DNA of 32,000 nucleotides from Gemmata obscuriglobus (lineage in GTDB: Bacteria > Planctomycetota > Planctomycetia > Gemmatales > Gemmataceae): positions 5,640,001 to 5,672,000 of the forward strand of contig NZ_CP042911.1 in the NCBI RefSeq assembly GCF_008065095.1, read 5' to 3'. A model generated the notes under the pieces. That model ran no database searches, was not told where the DNA came from, and saw only the letters and a list, made by a program, of their open reading frames with translations. The first letter of the stretch is position 1; each line of letters starts with the position of its first letter. The position numbers and the translations under genes were made by a program. This document shows, in pieces, positions 17,838 through 25,486 of this stretch.

Positions 17838-19013
17838 TTATTTTACCGCGGTCAAAGGCGTCTCCGCCGGCCGGCGCATGAACAGCGCGGCGGCCAGCAA
17901 CCCGACACCCATGAACCCGCACAACATGAGCATCGTAGTCCCGTCGAAGAACGGGAACTGCAGTTTCGGGCCGAGCCACGGCCACGCGAACCACGTCACC
18001 ACGACGCCGATCGCCAGCCCCGGGCCGAACGGCAACTCGCGGGGTTGCACCGGCCCGCTCACCGGGGTGCCGGCGGACGAACCTTGGCGCGCGGCCGGAG
18101 CCGAGTTCCAACACACCGATTCGAACACTTTCAGCACCAGTGCGGCGACCGCGCCAGTGAACAGCGACAGCATCGGGATCTGCCAGCCGAGGAACGCGCC
18201 GGCCATCATCAGCAGGTCCGCATCCCCCAACCCCAGCGCCTCACGCCCGAACCCGGTTTCGAAAAACCACTTGGTCGCCCGAACGACCAGGGACCCAACG
18301 AACGCACCGATCACGCTGTTGAGTAGCCCCATCTTCCAACTGCCCGGGGGGGCGGCATCGAACGTCGGCCCCCAAAACGGCCACGGCTGAACGCCGACCG
18401 GAATCTTCCCCGCCACGTCGTCGAGGATCCACGAAGTAAAATGGGGCGGGATGGCATCGACGGCCGCAGCCGGTTGCGGCCACGGCCACGGCATCAGCAC
18501 TCCCCCGATCACGCCGACCGTCATGACCGTATAGGTCACTTGCGCCGGAATGATACGGTGTTCCGCGTCAATGGCCGCAGCGGCGATCAGCCCCGACATG
18601 AGGGTGGCATGGTACAGGAACAGCGCCCAGAACCGGGCCGGGGGGAACGCTCCGTCGGCACCAAGGTAGTTGTACTTCATGCCCGGAATGCCGGACCAGT
18701 TGAACAGCACTTCGGCGAGAAACAGGGCCAGGAACGCGACCCCGGTTCCGACCTCCACCCACAGGTAGCGGGCGGAAAAGGTGGCACCGCACGCTCGACA
18801 CCGGCCGCGGAGGCGCAAGAACCCCAGGACCGGAATGTTGTCGGTGAGCCGGATCGGTTGGTAACACGCGAAGCACCGGGACGACGGCCACACGAGGCTC
18901 TTTTCGTACGGCAGCCGGGCGATCACAACGTTCAGGAACGACCCGATCATCAGCCCGAGGGTGAAGACCGTCACGCACCAGAACACGGCCGGGAAGTGGA
19001 ACCACCAGTCCAT
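17838..19013 (-). CDS. Prepilin peptidase (A24 family, PilD-like), unusually long
   Basis: ATG 19013. N-terminal DiS-P-DiS-type segment with CFAC...CRAC, AIDAEHRIIP, GLGDADLLMMAGAFLGW and LPFGPGLAIG boxes. 391 aa with Trp/Pro-rich insertions between the conserved boxes. Confidence 0.85.
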   Translation of the reverse strand: MDWWFHFPAVFWCVTVFTLGLMIGSFLNVVIARLPYEKSLVWPSSRCFACYQPIRLTDNIPVLGFLRLRGRCRACGATFSARYLWVEVGTGVAFLALFLAEVLFNWSGIPGMKYNYLGADGAFPPARFWALFLYHATLMSGLIAAAAIDAEHRIIPAQVTYTVMTVGVIGGVLMPWPWPQPAAAVDAIPPHFTSWILDDVAGKIPVGVQPWPFWGPTFDAAPPGSWKMGLLNSVIGAFVGSLVVRATKWFFETGFGREALGLGDADLLMMAGAFLGWQIPMLSLFTGAVAALVLKVFESVCWNSAPAARQGSSAGTPVSGPVQPRELPFGPGLAIGVVVTWFAWPWLGPKLQFPFFDGTTMLMLCGFMGVGLLAAALFMRRPAETPLTAVK

Positions 19014-19413
19014 GACGTGAGGACACCGTTGACGGTTTCAGTGGGGACGGCGATCGGTCCGCGTTTGTGTCGCCACCGACAACTATACCGAGCGTCCCAA
19101 TATTCGGCCAAAGCGGCCCCCGGATCGCGCCGCGGAACCGGGGCCGGGTGCGGTTACAAGCGCCGGACGGCAATCGCGTCTTTGCCCGTTCCGGAGCCCT
19201 CACCTCTCGTGAGCGCCTCATAAACGAACATGACAAAACCTAATCGATCAACCAACCGTCACAAACCACAACCGGTGTCGTAGTTCGCTCTGCTGCGTTC
19301 AGGCGCCAACGTTGCGGATGCCCCTTCGCGTTCGCAATTCCGATCGGATTCGGGCCGTCCGGCGGTGGTACTATGAGCTAAAGTAATCGGATGTCTCGGT
19401 CGGAGGACCAACC

Positions 19414-20145
19414 GTGAACGCTCTCCCCCGGCTCGACCAAACGGACTGCTTGCTCGAGGTGGTCCAGCGCCTCTCATCGGTCCGCTCGCTGGCCGAGATC
19501 ACAGACATCGCGAAGGTCGCGGCCCGGCGCCTCACCGGCGCCGACGGGGCGTGCTTCGTTCTGCGCGACGGGGACAAGTGCTACTACGTCGACGAAGACG
19601 CCATCGCCCCGCTGTGGAAGGGCAAGCGGTTCCCGCTCGAGGCCTGTATCAGCGGGTGGGTGATGCTCAACCGCCAGCCGGCTCTGATCCCTGACATTTA
19701 TGCCGACGACCGGATCCCGCACGACGCGTACCGACCGACGTTCGTGAAGAGTTTGGCAGTGGTCCCGATTCGCTCGCTCGGCCCGGTTGGGGCACTGGCC
19801 GTGTACTGGGCTGACACGGCCCGCCCGACGGCCACCGAAGTGCGGTGGCTTCAGTCGCTCGCGGACTCGACCGCCTTGGCTCTTGAATACCTCGAATCGC
19901 AGGCCGAAGTGAACAAAGCGCTAGGGGTTGCGAGCTTCTTGGAGGGTGAAAACGCGCGCCTGCGTGACACGGTTAAGCCGGCTGCGCCGGGCGATCTCGT
20001 GCGGATGTGTTTCCTTACGAAGCGGTTCGAAATAGGAGGTCGGTGGGTGGCAATCGAGGAACTCCTCGAGTTGTGTTACGGAGTACACGTCACCCACGGG
20101 CTGAGCCCCGAAGGGCTGGACCAGATAAGCGCCGGCCGGCGGTGA
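19414..20145 (+). CDS. GAF domain-containing protein
   Basis: GTG 19414. LLEVVQRLSSVRSLAEITDIAKVAARRLTGADGACFVLRDGD...VPDIYADDR...SLAVVPI...GALAVYW is a classic GAF pattern (about 160 aa). An unassigned C-terminal tail of about 80 aa follows. Confidence 0.8.
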   Translation: MNALPRLDQTDCLLEVVQRLSSVRSLAEITDIAKVAARRLTGADGACFVLRDGDKCYYVDEDAIAPLWKGKRFPLEACISGWVMLNRQPALIPDIYADDRIPHDAYRPTFVKSLAVVPIRSLGPVGALAVYWADTARPTATEVRWLQSLADSTALALEYLESQAEVNKALGVASFLEGENARLRDTVKPAAPGDLVRMCFLTKRFEIGGRWVAIEELLELCYGVHVTHGLSPEGLDQISAGRR

Positions 20146-20214
20146 ATGATCCATTTCCGTCGTCGTTGGTCTGGGTCGGTCGATCAGGTGAACCCGCCCG
20201 CCGGAGCCGTCCCG

Positions 20215-21264
20215 TTGGCTTGGTTCCACATCGCGCGGACCGAGGATGAGCAACGGACCGTCAACGCCGAGCGTGACACGGACGTCCGCTGCAAGATGAT
20301 GGTGTTGTGGGTGCTCCACCACGGCGATACCCGCGAGCGAGCCGCAACCGTTACCGGACTCGGGCGAGCGACCGTCCAGCGGTACGTCCGGACGTACAAG
20401 GACGGCAGACTCGACGGGCTCCGCCGATGGGGCGTCACCGGCCCGGTCAGCGCCTTAGCCACCCATTCCGACGTGGTCCGAGCGTCCCTCACGGCCAACC
20501 CGGTTCGAACCACCGCCCAGACGGCCGACCGGATCGAGCAGCTGACCGGGATCCGTCGCCAGCCGACTCAATCCCGCGTGTTCTTGGCCGGACTGGGGTT
20601 CAGCGATGCGCGTTCGGGCGATCCCGATCCCCCCAAAAAGCGCTCGCCGAGCACTTCGCGACCCAGCGCGGGTTCCTCGGCACGCAACTGAGGCCGGCTT
20701 GGATGCGGCCGTCGCCGGGCGTGGGCACGTGTAGTTCGTGGACGCGACCACTGCGTGTACGGGACGTACCTGTGTTGCCGGTGGTCGATCCTGCGGGTGT
20801 TCGTTCGGGCCGCGAGTGGGCGTCAGCGGTTCAACGTGCGGGGCGCGTGGAACGCGGTCACCCGGACATGCGTGTCGGTCACCAACACGACGGTAGTGAA
20901 CACCGATACCATGTGCGAGCTACTCCGCAAGATTGCGGCCCTCGGGTCGGTCGGCCCGGTCACGGTCGTGCTGGACAACGCGCGCTAAGAGCGGAACAAG
21001 GTGGTGCAGGCGCGGGCGGCCGAGTTGTCAATCACCCTGTTGTACCTGCCCAGCTATTCGCACAACCTGAACCTCATCGAACGCCTCCGACGGCTCCTCA
21101 AACGCAGGAGCGTTTACGGCAAGTACCGTCCCAACTTCGCCACCTTCAGGGCCGCCATCGAGGACACGCTGAGCCAACTGACCACCGCCCACGCCGAACC
21201 GTTGGCCGCGCTCATGACACTCCAATTCCAGGAGTTCGAAGATGTCTCACTCCTGACCGAGTAA
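20215..21264 (+). pseudogene. IS630-family transposase, degraded (multiple frameshifts plus one nonsense codon)
   Basis: The HTH part (GLGRATVQRYVRTYKDGRLDGL) is in the 20146 frame. RVRAIPIPPK, KALAEHFATQRGFLGTQL and HCVYGTYLCCRWSILRVFVRAASGRQRFNV sit in different frames around the C6A5 run at 20629-20639 and near 20690-20760. TAA 20986-20988 interrupts VLDNAR*ERNKVVQ where IS630 proteins have DNARY. The C-terminus LLYLPSYSHNLNLIERL is intact. Confidence 0.85.
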
Positions 21265-21290
21265 AGTATATCTCGCTTGCAACGCCACAA

Positions 21291-21349
21291 CCCGAACAGC
21301 GGTGCATCCCAAATCAGACGGCGGTGTCAGCAGGCGCGCCGGGTTCGGC
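21291..21349 (-). repeat. Array repeat copy R1 (attC-like), 59 nt
   Basis: Minus-strand reading: GCCGAAC CCGGCGCGCCTGCTGACACCGCCGTCTGATTTGGGATGCACCGCT GTTCGGG. The stop codon of the 21314-21676 ORF lies inside it. Confidence 0.65.
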
Positions 21350-21676
21350 GTCTTGCCAAACGTCGATGAAGCCTTGGCCGTCTATCATAAACCGCCAGCC
21401 CGGCGGCAGGCCGAGGAACGGGACGGCGAGGCGGCAGTAATCTGCCATGTGCTCGACGCACAACGGCTGGTAGAAGTCGGCGGCGTCCGACCACTCGCCG
21501 CCGGCGTAGATGTACCATCCGCACGTTGTGTCGGTCGGGGCCAGCCGGACGCCGTGGATCGGGATGCGATCGAGCGTCGGGATGGCGAGCCCGACCTTCG
21601 ATCCCGGCGCGGGCGGCTCGAACCCTGCTCCGTAGGTGCGGCAGATACGCTGTTGCAGTTCTTGCAGCGGCTCCAC
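21314..21676 (-). CDS. Cassette ORF G1: Imm33/DUF2185-like putative immunity protein
   Basis: GTG 21676 is preceded by GGAGGGCAAAGAG. QQRICRTYG...IPIHGVRLAPTDTTCGWYIYAGGEWSDAADFYQPLCVEHMADYCRLAVPFLGLPPGWRF matches my recollection of the Imm33-type GWYIW-GE...DFF.PLH..HL...YL.LPPGWRF pattern. The 22138 start in the ORF track overlaps G2 and is Arg-rich. Confidence 0.6.
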   Translation of the reverse strand: MEPLQELQQRICRTYGAGFEPPAPGSKVGLAIPTLDRIPIHGVRLAPTDTTCGWYIYAGGEWSDAADFYQPLCVEHMADYCRLAVPFLGLPPGWRFMIDGQGFIDVWQDAEPGAPADTAV

Positions 21677-21750
21677 CTCTTTGCCCTCCGCCGACGAAAA
21701 TAAAGCTGACCTGCCGGCTGGGCACGAGCGAGCAACACGTTCCAGAAAGC

Positions 21751-22113
21751 CTACAAGCCCCGCCGGTTTGGTGCTGCGACTCGTTCGGCGTCCGAGTCTC
21801 CCGCAACCGAGGGCTGCGGAGGACGGACGGCCAGCACGATCGCCCCGTGCAGTGTGCCCGCCAGCAACCCGCCAAGCAAGCAAAACAGGTCGAACCCGAT
21901 CGCCCCGTTGGGCAGGTCGGCGCCCGCCACCAGCGGCCCAAGCGGCCCGCCGACGGCGACCGCACCAACCGCCCACCAGAACACGTACCGGCCGTGGATG
22001 CGGCGGGCCTCGGACTCGGCCCCGATGCCCCGCCGCAGGGCTCGGCCGACGAAGAAGACCATCGCGGTCATCACGGCATGATCGCCGAGGTACGACAGGT
22101 ACGCTTCCACCAT
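21751..22113 (-). CDS. Cassette ORF G2: small membrane protein (hypothetical)
   Basis: ATG 22113 is preceded by AAGAGGGCGCGG. 120 aa with about 3 hydrophobic helices (AVMTAMVFFVG, YVFWWAVGAVAVGG, FDLFCLLGGLLAGTLHGAIVLAV). Confidence 0.6.
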   Translation of the reverse strand: MVEAYLSYLGDHAVMTAMVFFVGRALRRGIGAESEARRIHGRYVFWWAVGAVAVGGPLGPLVAGADLPNGAIGFDLFCLLGGLLAGTLHGAIVLAVRPPQPSVAGDSDAERVAAPNRRGL

Positions 22114-22129
22114 CCGCGCCCTCTTCTTG

Positions 22130-22216
22130 GATGAACAAACAGCACAGCGGCCGCGCATCGCAATCGGTGCGAGAAGCAAGCTCTGTGCAGCGGTGCGGTG
22201 CCGCGGCGGGTTCGGA
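22130..22216 (-). repeat. Array repeat copy R3 (attC-like), 87 nt
   Basis: Minus reading starts TCCGAACCCGCCGCGGCACCGCACCGC 2 nt after the TAG stop of G3. It ends ...GCGGCCGCTGTGCTGTTT GTTCATC, 16 nt before the G2 ATG. Confidence 0.65.
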
Positions 22217-22218
22217 CT

Positions 22219-22647
22219 CTACGCCTTCCGGTCACGGAACGCGCCGCGAACGTCCGGGCTGCCGGCGGTGACCAACGCCCAGACGCCGATGGGCAGCCCG
22301 AGGATCAGGCGCGGGGAGACGCACGGCACCATCGCAGTGATGCTCCCGGTGCGCGCGAGCCCGTAGGCATCCAAGCGGAGCAGGTTGAGACCGCCGGCGA
22401 AGGTGACGAGCCCGGCCAGCGCGTGGAACAGACCGATGACACCTTCCGCTCCGCCCAAGTTCATCCCACCCACCACGAACGCCATGACGGCGATGAACAC
22501 GCCCAACCCGCTGTTGATGAGCCCGACCAGCATCAGCGCGATGGCCGGCGGTTTGACCCGGCGGAGTGCGGCGGCGCGATCGACCAGCGGACGCTCGTCG
22601 GTGTCATCCCGCGACCGCTTCCACGGCTTCGCTTCATCACCATCCAT
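22219..22647 (-). CDS. Cassette ORF G3: membrane protein (hypothetical)
   Basis: ATG 22647 is preceded by GGAGGGTTGA. It has a charged N-terminus, then 3-4 TM helices (PPAIALMLVGLINSGLGVFIAVMAFVVGG, GLFHALAGLVTFAGG, LILGLPIGVWALV). Confidence 0.65.
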   Translation of the reverse strand: MDGDEAKPWKRSRDDTDERPLVDRAAALRRVKPPAIALMLVGLINSGLGVFIAVMAFVVGGMNLGGAEGVIGLFHALAGLVTFAGGLNLLRLDAYGLARTGSITAMVPCVSPRLILGLPIGVWALVTAGSPDVRGAFRDRKA

Positions 22648-22661
22648 TCAACCCTCCATTT

Positions 22662-22750
22662 ATCGAGCATCAGTCTCACCGGCCACGCACAACGCGACCC
22701 GGTCACGAAGTACGTACTCTCCCGCGGTCTGGTGCGGCGCCCGGTTCGCA
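22662..22750 (-). repeat. Array repeat copy R4 (attC-like, right core degenerate), 89 nt
   Basis: Minus reading: TGCGAACCGGGCGCCGCACCAGACCGCGGG ... GGCCGGTGAGACTGAT GCTCGAT, 14 nt before the G3 ATG. Confidence 0.55.
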
Positions 22751-22758
22751 CCGGAGAT

Positions 22759-23169
22759 TCAATCTGACGGAATAATTGCGGGCAAGAGAACCGCCGCGAC
22801 GCACACGATGAACGTCATCACCCCAACGGCTGCAACGGCCAACGCCGGGATGATCCGCCCGCCGGGCAGCCGCGCCCGGACCCAGCCGGCGTACACGACG
22901 ACCAACAGCGCAACGGCCCCGGTGCCGATCATCGCGGCCGGTCCGGCGCCGAACCGCCCGAGTGGCATGAGCATACGAGTCAGCACAGGCATTTCGACGC
23001 CGGTGGCCGCGAGTTTGTCGAACACGCGAACGAATCGAGGCAAGACCGCACTCACGAACACCACCGTCAGCAGCCATCCACCACCAATGATCGCCGCACC
23101 GGCGGCGAGTGGCATGGGCGCGCCACTCGGCCGAGGAGGCGCAATCGGCTTCGTCAACGCATTCGCCAC
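22759..23169 (-). CDS. Cassette ORF G4: membrane protein with a single T2SS-F (GspF/PilC)-like domain
   Basis: GTG 23169 is preceded by AGAGGGCGTGCC. LPRFVRVFDKLAATGVEMPVLTRMLMPLGRF resembles the P.F..+F...G..+P..T core of T2SSF domains and is flanked by TM helices. 136 aa. Confidence 0.55.
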   Translation of the reverse strand: MANALTKPIAPPRPSGAPMPLAAGAAIIGGGWLLTVVFVSAVLPRFVRVFDKLAATGVEMPVLTRMLMPLGRFGAGPAAMIGTGAVALLVVVYAGWVRARLPGGRIIPALAVAAVGVMTFIVCVAAVLLPAIIPSD

Positions 23170-23185
23170 GGCACGCCCTCTGATG

Positions 23186-23279
23186 ACCTAACAACCAGTA
23201 AGCTCACCGGCACTGCACTTAAAATGGAGCGAGTCCATCCACACTACCTGGCGGTATCGGGTGTAGCGCCGGGTTCGGC
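23186..23279 (-). repeat. Array repeat copy R5 (attC-like), 94 nt
   Basis: Minus reading: GCCGAACCCGGCGCTACACCCGATACCGCCAGG ... GTGCCGGTGAGCTTACTGGTT GTTAGGT. The right core is a perfect GTTRRRY, 16 nt before the G4 GTG. The G5 stop lies inside the repeat. Confidence 0.7.
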
Positions 23280-23555
23280 TGAGCCGCCTGCCCCTTGGCC
23301 CGTAGTCCCCAGCCGGTCGGGAAGCGGGCGGAACCCGTCCGGCCACTGATCCGGTGGCCGGACGGGACGCCGGCGCCACGCCAGGTATACCGCTCGCACG
23401 ATTCCCCACCCGACAAACGCGGGCAAGGCCCCGACGACCGGCGGCAGGGTGAAGTGCGCGCGACACCCAAGGACGGCCCCGACCACTCCCGTCACGAGGA
23501 AGAAGGCACCGAGCACGAACGCCAGCGAGGCACAGACCTTATCGAAGACATTCAC
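23244..23555 (-). CDS. Cassette ORF G5: small membrane protein (hypothetical)
   Basis: GTG 23555. Two TM helices (VCASLAFVLGAFFLVTGVVGAVLG, VVGALPAFVGWGIVRAVYLAW), then a P/G/R-rich tail that reads into repeat R5 (..SAEPGATPDTAR). Confidence 0.55.
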   Translation of the reverse strand: MNVFDKVCASLAFVLGAFFLVTGVVGAVLGCRAHFTLPPVVGALPAFVGWGIVRAVYLAWRRRPVRPPDQWPDGFRPLPDRLGTTGQGAGGSAEPGATPDTAR

Positions 23556-23571
23556 TCGACGAAGACTCCGG

Positions 23572-23662
23572 GGCCGACAAACAGGTCACCGGCCGCGGGG
23601 CCACGCGCTCGGTGCTAGAAACAACGTATTCAATCGCGGTCCGAAGCAGAGCCGGGTTCGGC
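23572..23662 (-). repeat. Array repeat copy R6 (attC-like), 91 nt
   Basis: Minus reading: GCCGAACCCGGCTCTGCTTCGGACCGCG ... GCGGCCGGTGACCTGTTT GTCGGCC. The right core has lost one T. It ends 16 nt before the G5 GTG. Confidence 0.65.
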
Positions 23663-23671
23663 GCGACCGCC

Positions 23672-24268
23672 TCACCGGAAGAAGCCGACCAAGATCGAAC
23701 CGGGCGCCGCCTCCGCCGCCCGTAACCAGCCGGCCACGGTAACGAGTGCCGCCCGCTCCTCGGCGTCGGCCACCGTCGGCAGCAGCCGGCCGAGCGGGGC
23801 TGATGCCGCGAGCATGGCACCCGCCGACCAATGGCCGAACTCCAGCAGCCGGTCCCACGGCGGTCGGAGAGGTGGCGCGATGCACCACAGATTGACGAGC
23901 GACAGCGGCACACCACCGGCCGTAAGAATACCGTCCAGGCGATTGAACCACTCCACCCGGCAGGGACTGAAGTAGTTGTTGCTGGCCCACGCACCGTAGT
24001 ACCGGCACACCAGCTCGAACGCGGTGGCGTACAGCCCGGCGTCATCCTCGTCCATGCTCGGGCGGCTGCCGATCAGCTCGGCCACCGCCCCGGCAGCGGT
24101 CGGCCCCTCCCAGCAATCGGGGTCGCCGGTCTCGAAGTCGCTGTCGAGTTGCTCGATGTCCTCGGCGAACGACTCCAGGATATCCGTGACAAGCTCGCGA
24201 TCCCCGCTCCCGGGAGCGGCCAGAACCTCATCACGAGGCACCAGGTACGCCGTCAGACCCTGGCTCAC
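23672..24268 (-). CDS. Cassette ORF G6: acidic cytosolic protein (hypothetical, immunity-protein-like)
   Basis: GTG 24268 is preceded by GAGGAGAGCTTTAC. 198 aa, no TM segment, acidic N-terminal half (DILESFAEDIEQLDSDFETGDPDCWEG). No family recognised. The 24331 start would begin inside repeat R7. Confidence 0.55.
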   Translation of the reverse strand: MSQGLTAYLVPRDEVLAAPGSGDRELVTDILESFAEDIEQLDSDFETGDPDCWEGPTAAGAVAELIGSRPSMDEDDAGLYATAFELVCRYYGAWASNNYFSPCRVEWFNRLDGILTAGGVPLSLVNLWCIAPPLRPPWDRLLEFGHWSAGAMLAASAPLGRLLPTVADAEERAALVTVAGWLRAAEAAPGSILVGFFR

Positions 24269-24310
24269 GTAAAGCTCTCCTCGGTCCGCGGCTTCAACGC
24301 CGCATAAACA

Positions 24311-24390
24311 ACTCAACCGCACCGCCATCACCGGATGAGCGGTGCGTCACAAGCCCAACGGCGGTGTCAGGTGTAGCGGGGGGGTTCGGC
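24311..24390 (-). repeat. Array repeat copy R7 (attC-like), 80 nt
   Basis: Minus reading: GCCGAACCCCCCCGCTACACCTGACACCGCCGTTGGG ... CGCACCGCtcatccggtgatgGCGGTGCG GTTGAGT. The right core is a perfect GTTRRRY. An alternative core GTTGAAG lies at 24292-24298. Confidence 0.65.
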
Positions 24391-24399
24391 ATGCCGCGC

Positions 24400-25035
24400 T
24401 CACCGTAGCCGCTCCAGCCGCGAGACGGTGAGCCGCCACCCATCGGGCGAGACGTACACCGGTCCGCACGTCTCGGCGTCCAGGTGCGTGTGCTGCGCCG
24501 GCTCGGCGCGGGCCACCCGCAGGATCTGTTCCGCCAGCCACACCAACCCAGGGCACGTGCCAACCAACTCGACCTCAGAGAACGTGTCGGGGCCGGCCGT
24601 AGGACGAACTGTAACGGCCAGTTGCGGTGCGTCTTTCGCCTCCGCCGGGTTAACCACTTCAACGAGTCCGAATCGTGAGATGGAAGGCCCTTCCAGGCGC
24701 GTGCCATCCGGATGGCCAAAATGTTCGCGATGGTTTCTCGTCACGGCACCGCGACCGACTTTGAAATTGACCTGACTCCGGACCTCGTTGTTCCAATTTG
24801 TTGCGTCCGTCCGAACCAGAATGTTGCAAATCAATCCTCGGTACCGAGACGGTCCGCTCAAGACTGGACCGAACAGCCCGTAGAAGAGTTGCCCGTCGAA
24901 GAGATGGCCTTTCACCTGGAAGTAGAACGGCGTTTCGTCCTTGCAAACGTTGTAAACACCGTCGCTTGAAGCGATCACCAAATCGTCCTGTGGCGTCAGC
25001 CGCAGGACGGCGCCGATGTCCGCGATGACAGACAT
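24400..25035 (-). CDS. Cassette ORF G7: cytosolic protein (hypothetical; C-terminal part Imm32-like)
   Basis: ATG 25035 is preceded by TAGGATAAT. 211 aa. The C-terminal FSEVELVGTCPGLVWLAEQILRVARAEPAQHTHLD...GWRLTVSRLE resembles the G..GL..LA..L..L...HxHLD pattern I associate with Imm32. This is a weak, memory-based call. Confidence 0.5.
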   Translation of the reverse strand: MSVIADIGAVLRLTPQDDLVIASSDGVYNVCKDETPFYFQVKGHLFDGQLFYGLFGPVLSGPSRYRGLICNILVRTDATNWNNEVRSQVNFKVGRGAVTRNHREHFGHPDGTRLEGPSISRFGLVEVVNPAEAKDAPQLAVTVRPTAGPDTFSEVELVGTCPGLVWLAEQILRVARAEPAQHTHLDAETCGPVYVSPDGWRLTVSRLERLR

Positions 25036-25042
25036 ATTATCC

Positions 25043-25138
25043 TACGAACAAACAGCACCCCTGTACCGCAACATCCCGAGCGGCAATGCGTCCCAATACC
25101 GCGATCGGTGTCAGGCGCGGCGCCGGTTTGAGTTCGCC
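25043..25138 (-). repeat. Array repeat copy R8 (attC-like), 96 nt
   Basis: Minus reading: GGCGAACTCAAACCGGCGCCGCGCCTGACACCGATCGCGG ... GGGGTGCTGTTT GTTCGTA, 7 nt before the G7 ATG. Confidence 0.65.
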
Positions 25139-25142
25139 GCCC

Positions 25143-25469
25143 TCAGCCACCGAACAGACCGATTGCGGCCCCTCCAAAGCCAAGAGCGGCACCGCAGCCG
25201 CAGATAGCCCGCGCGGCCAGCGGATAATCCCGTCCGAACCAGCCCGCGATGTCCGGATCGGCCAACCAGCGGGTCGGGCCAAAAGCGTATACCCCGCAGA
25301 ACGTGCCGCCCCCGACGCCCGCCAGGACCATTGCCCCAGCCTCGCCGCCAACCGCTCGCAAAACGGCCCAGACGGCGGCCTCGGCCAGGGGCATCACGAC
25401 CAAGGCGCAGACCACCGATTGCGCGGCGGGCGACAACCCGCCCGTTCGACTCCGGCTCCGATCCGACAT
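25143..25469 (-). CDS. Cassette ORF G8: small Gly/Ala-rich membrane protein (hypothetical)
   Basis: ATG 25469 is preceded by GAGAGGTTTCCTGA. 108 aa with 3 hydrophobic segments (VVCALVVMPLAEAAVWAVL, AMVLAGVGGGTFCGVYAF, ICGCGAALGFGGAAIGLF). Confidence 0.6.
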   Translation of the reverse strand: MSDRSRSRTGGLSPAAQSVVCALVVMPLAEAAVWAVLRAVGGEAGAMVLAGVGGGTFCGVYAFGPTRWLADPDIAGWFGRDYPLAARAICGCGAALGFGGAAIGLFGG

Positions 25470-25486
25470 TCAGGAAACCTCTCTGT

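Noticed and set aside
21677-22138. Long version (274 aa) of the G1 ORF
   Set aside because: The upstream 154 codons overlap the better-supported membrane ORF G2 in another frame and are Arg/Gly-rich. GTG 21676 has a GGAGGG site upstream of it.
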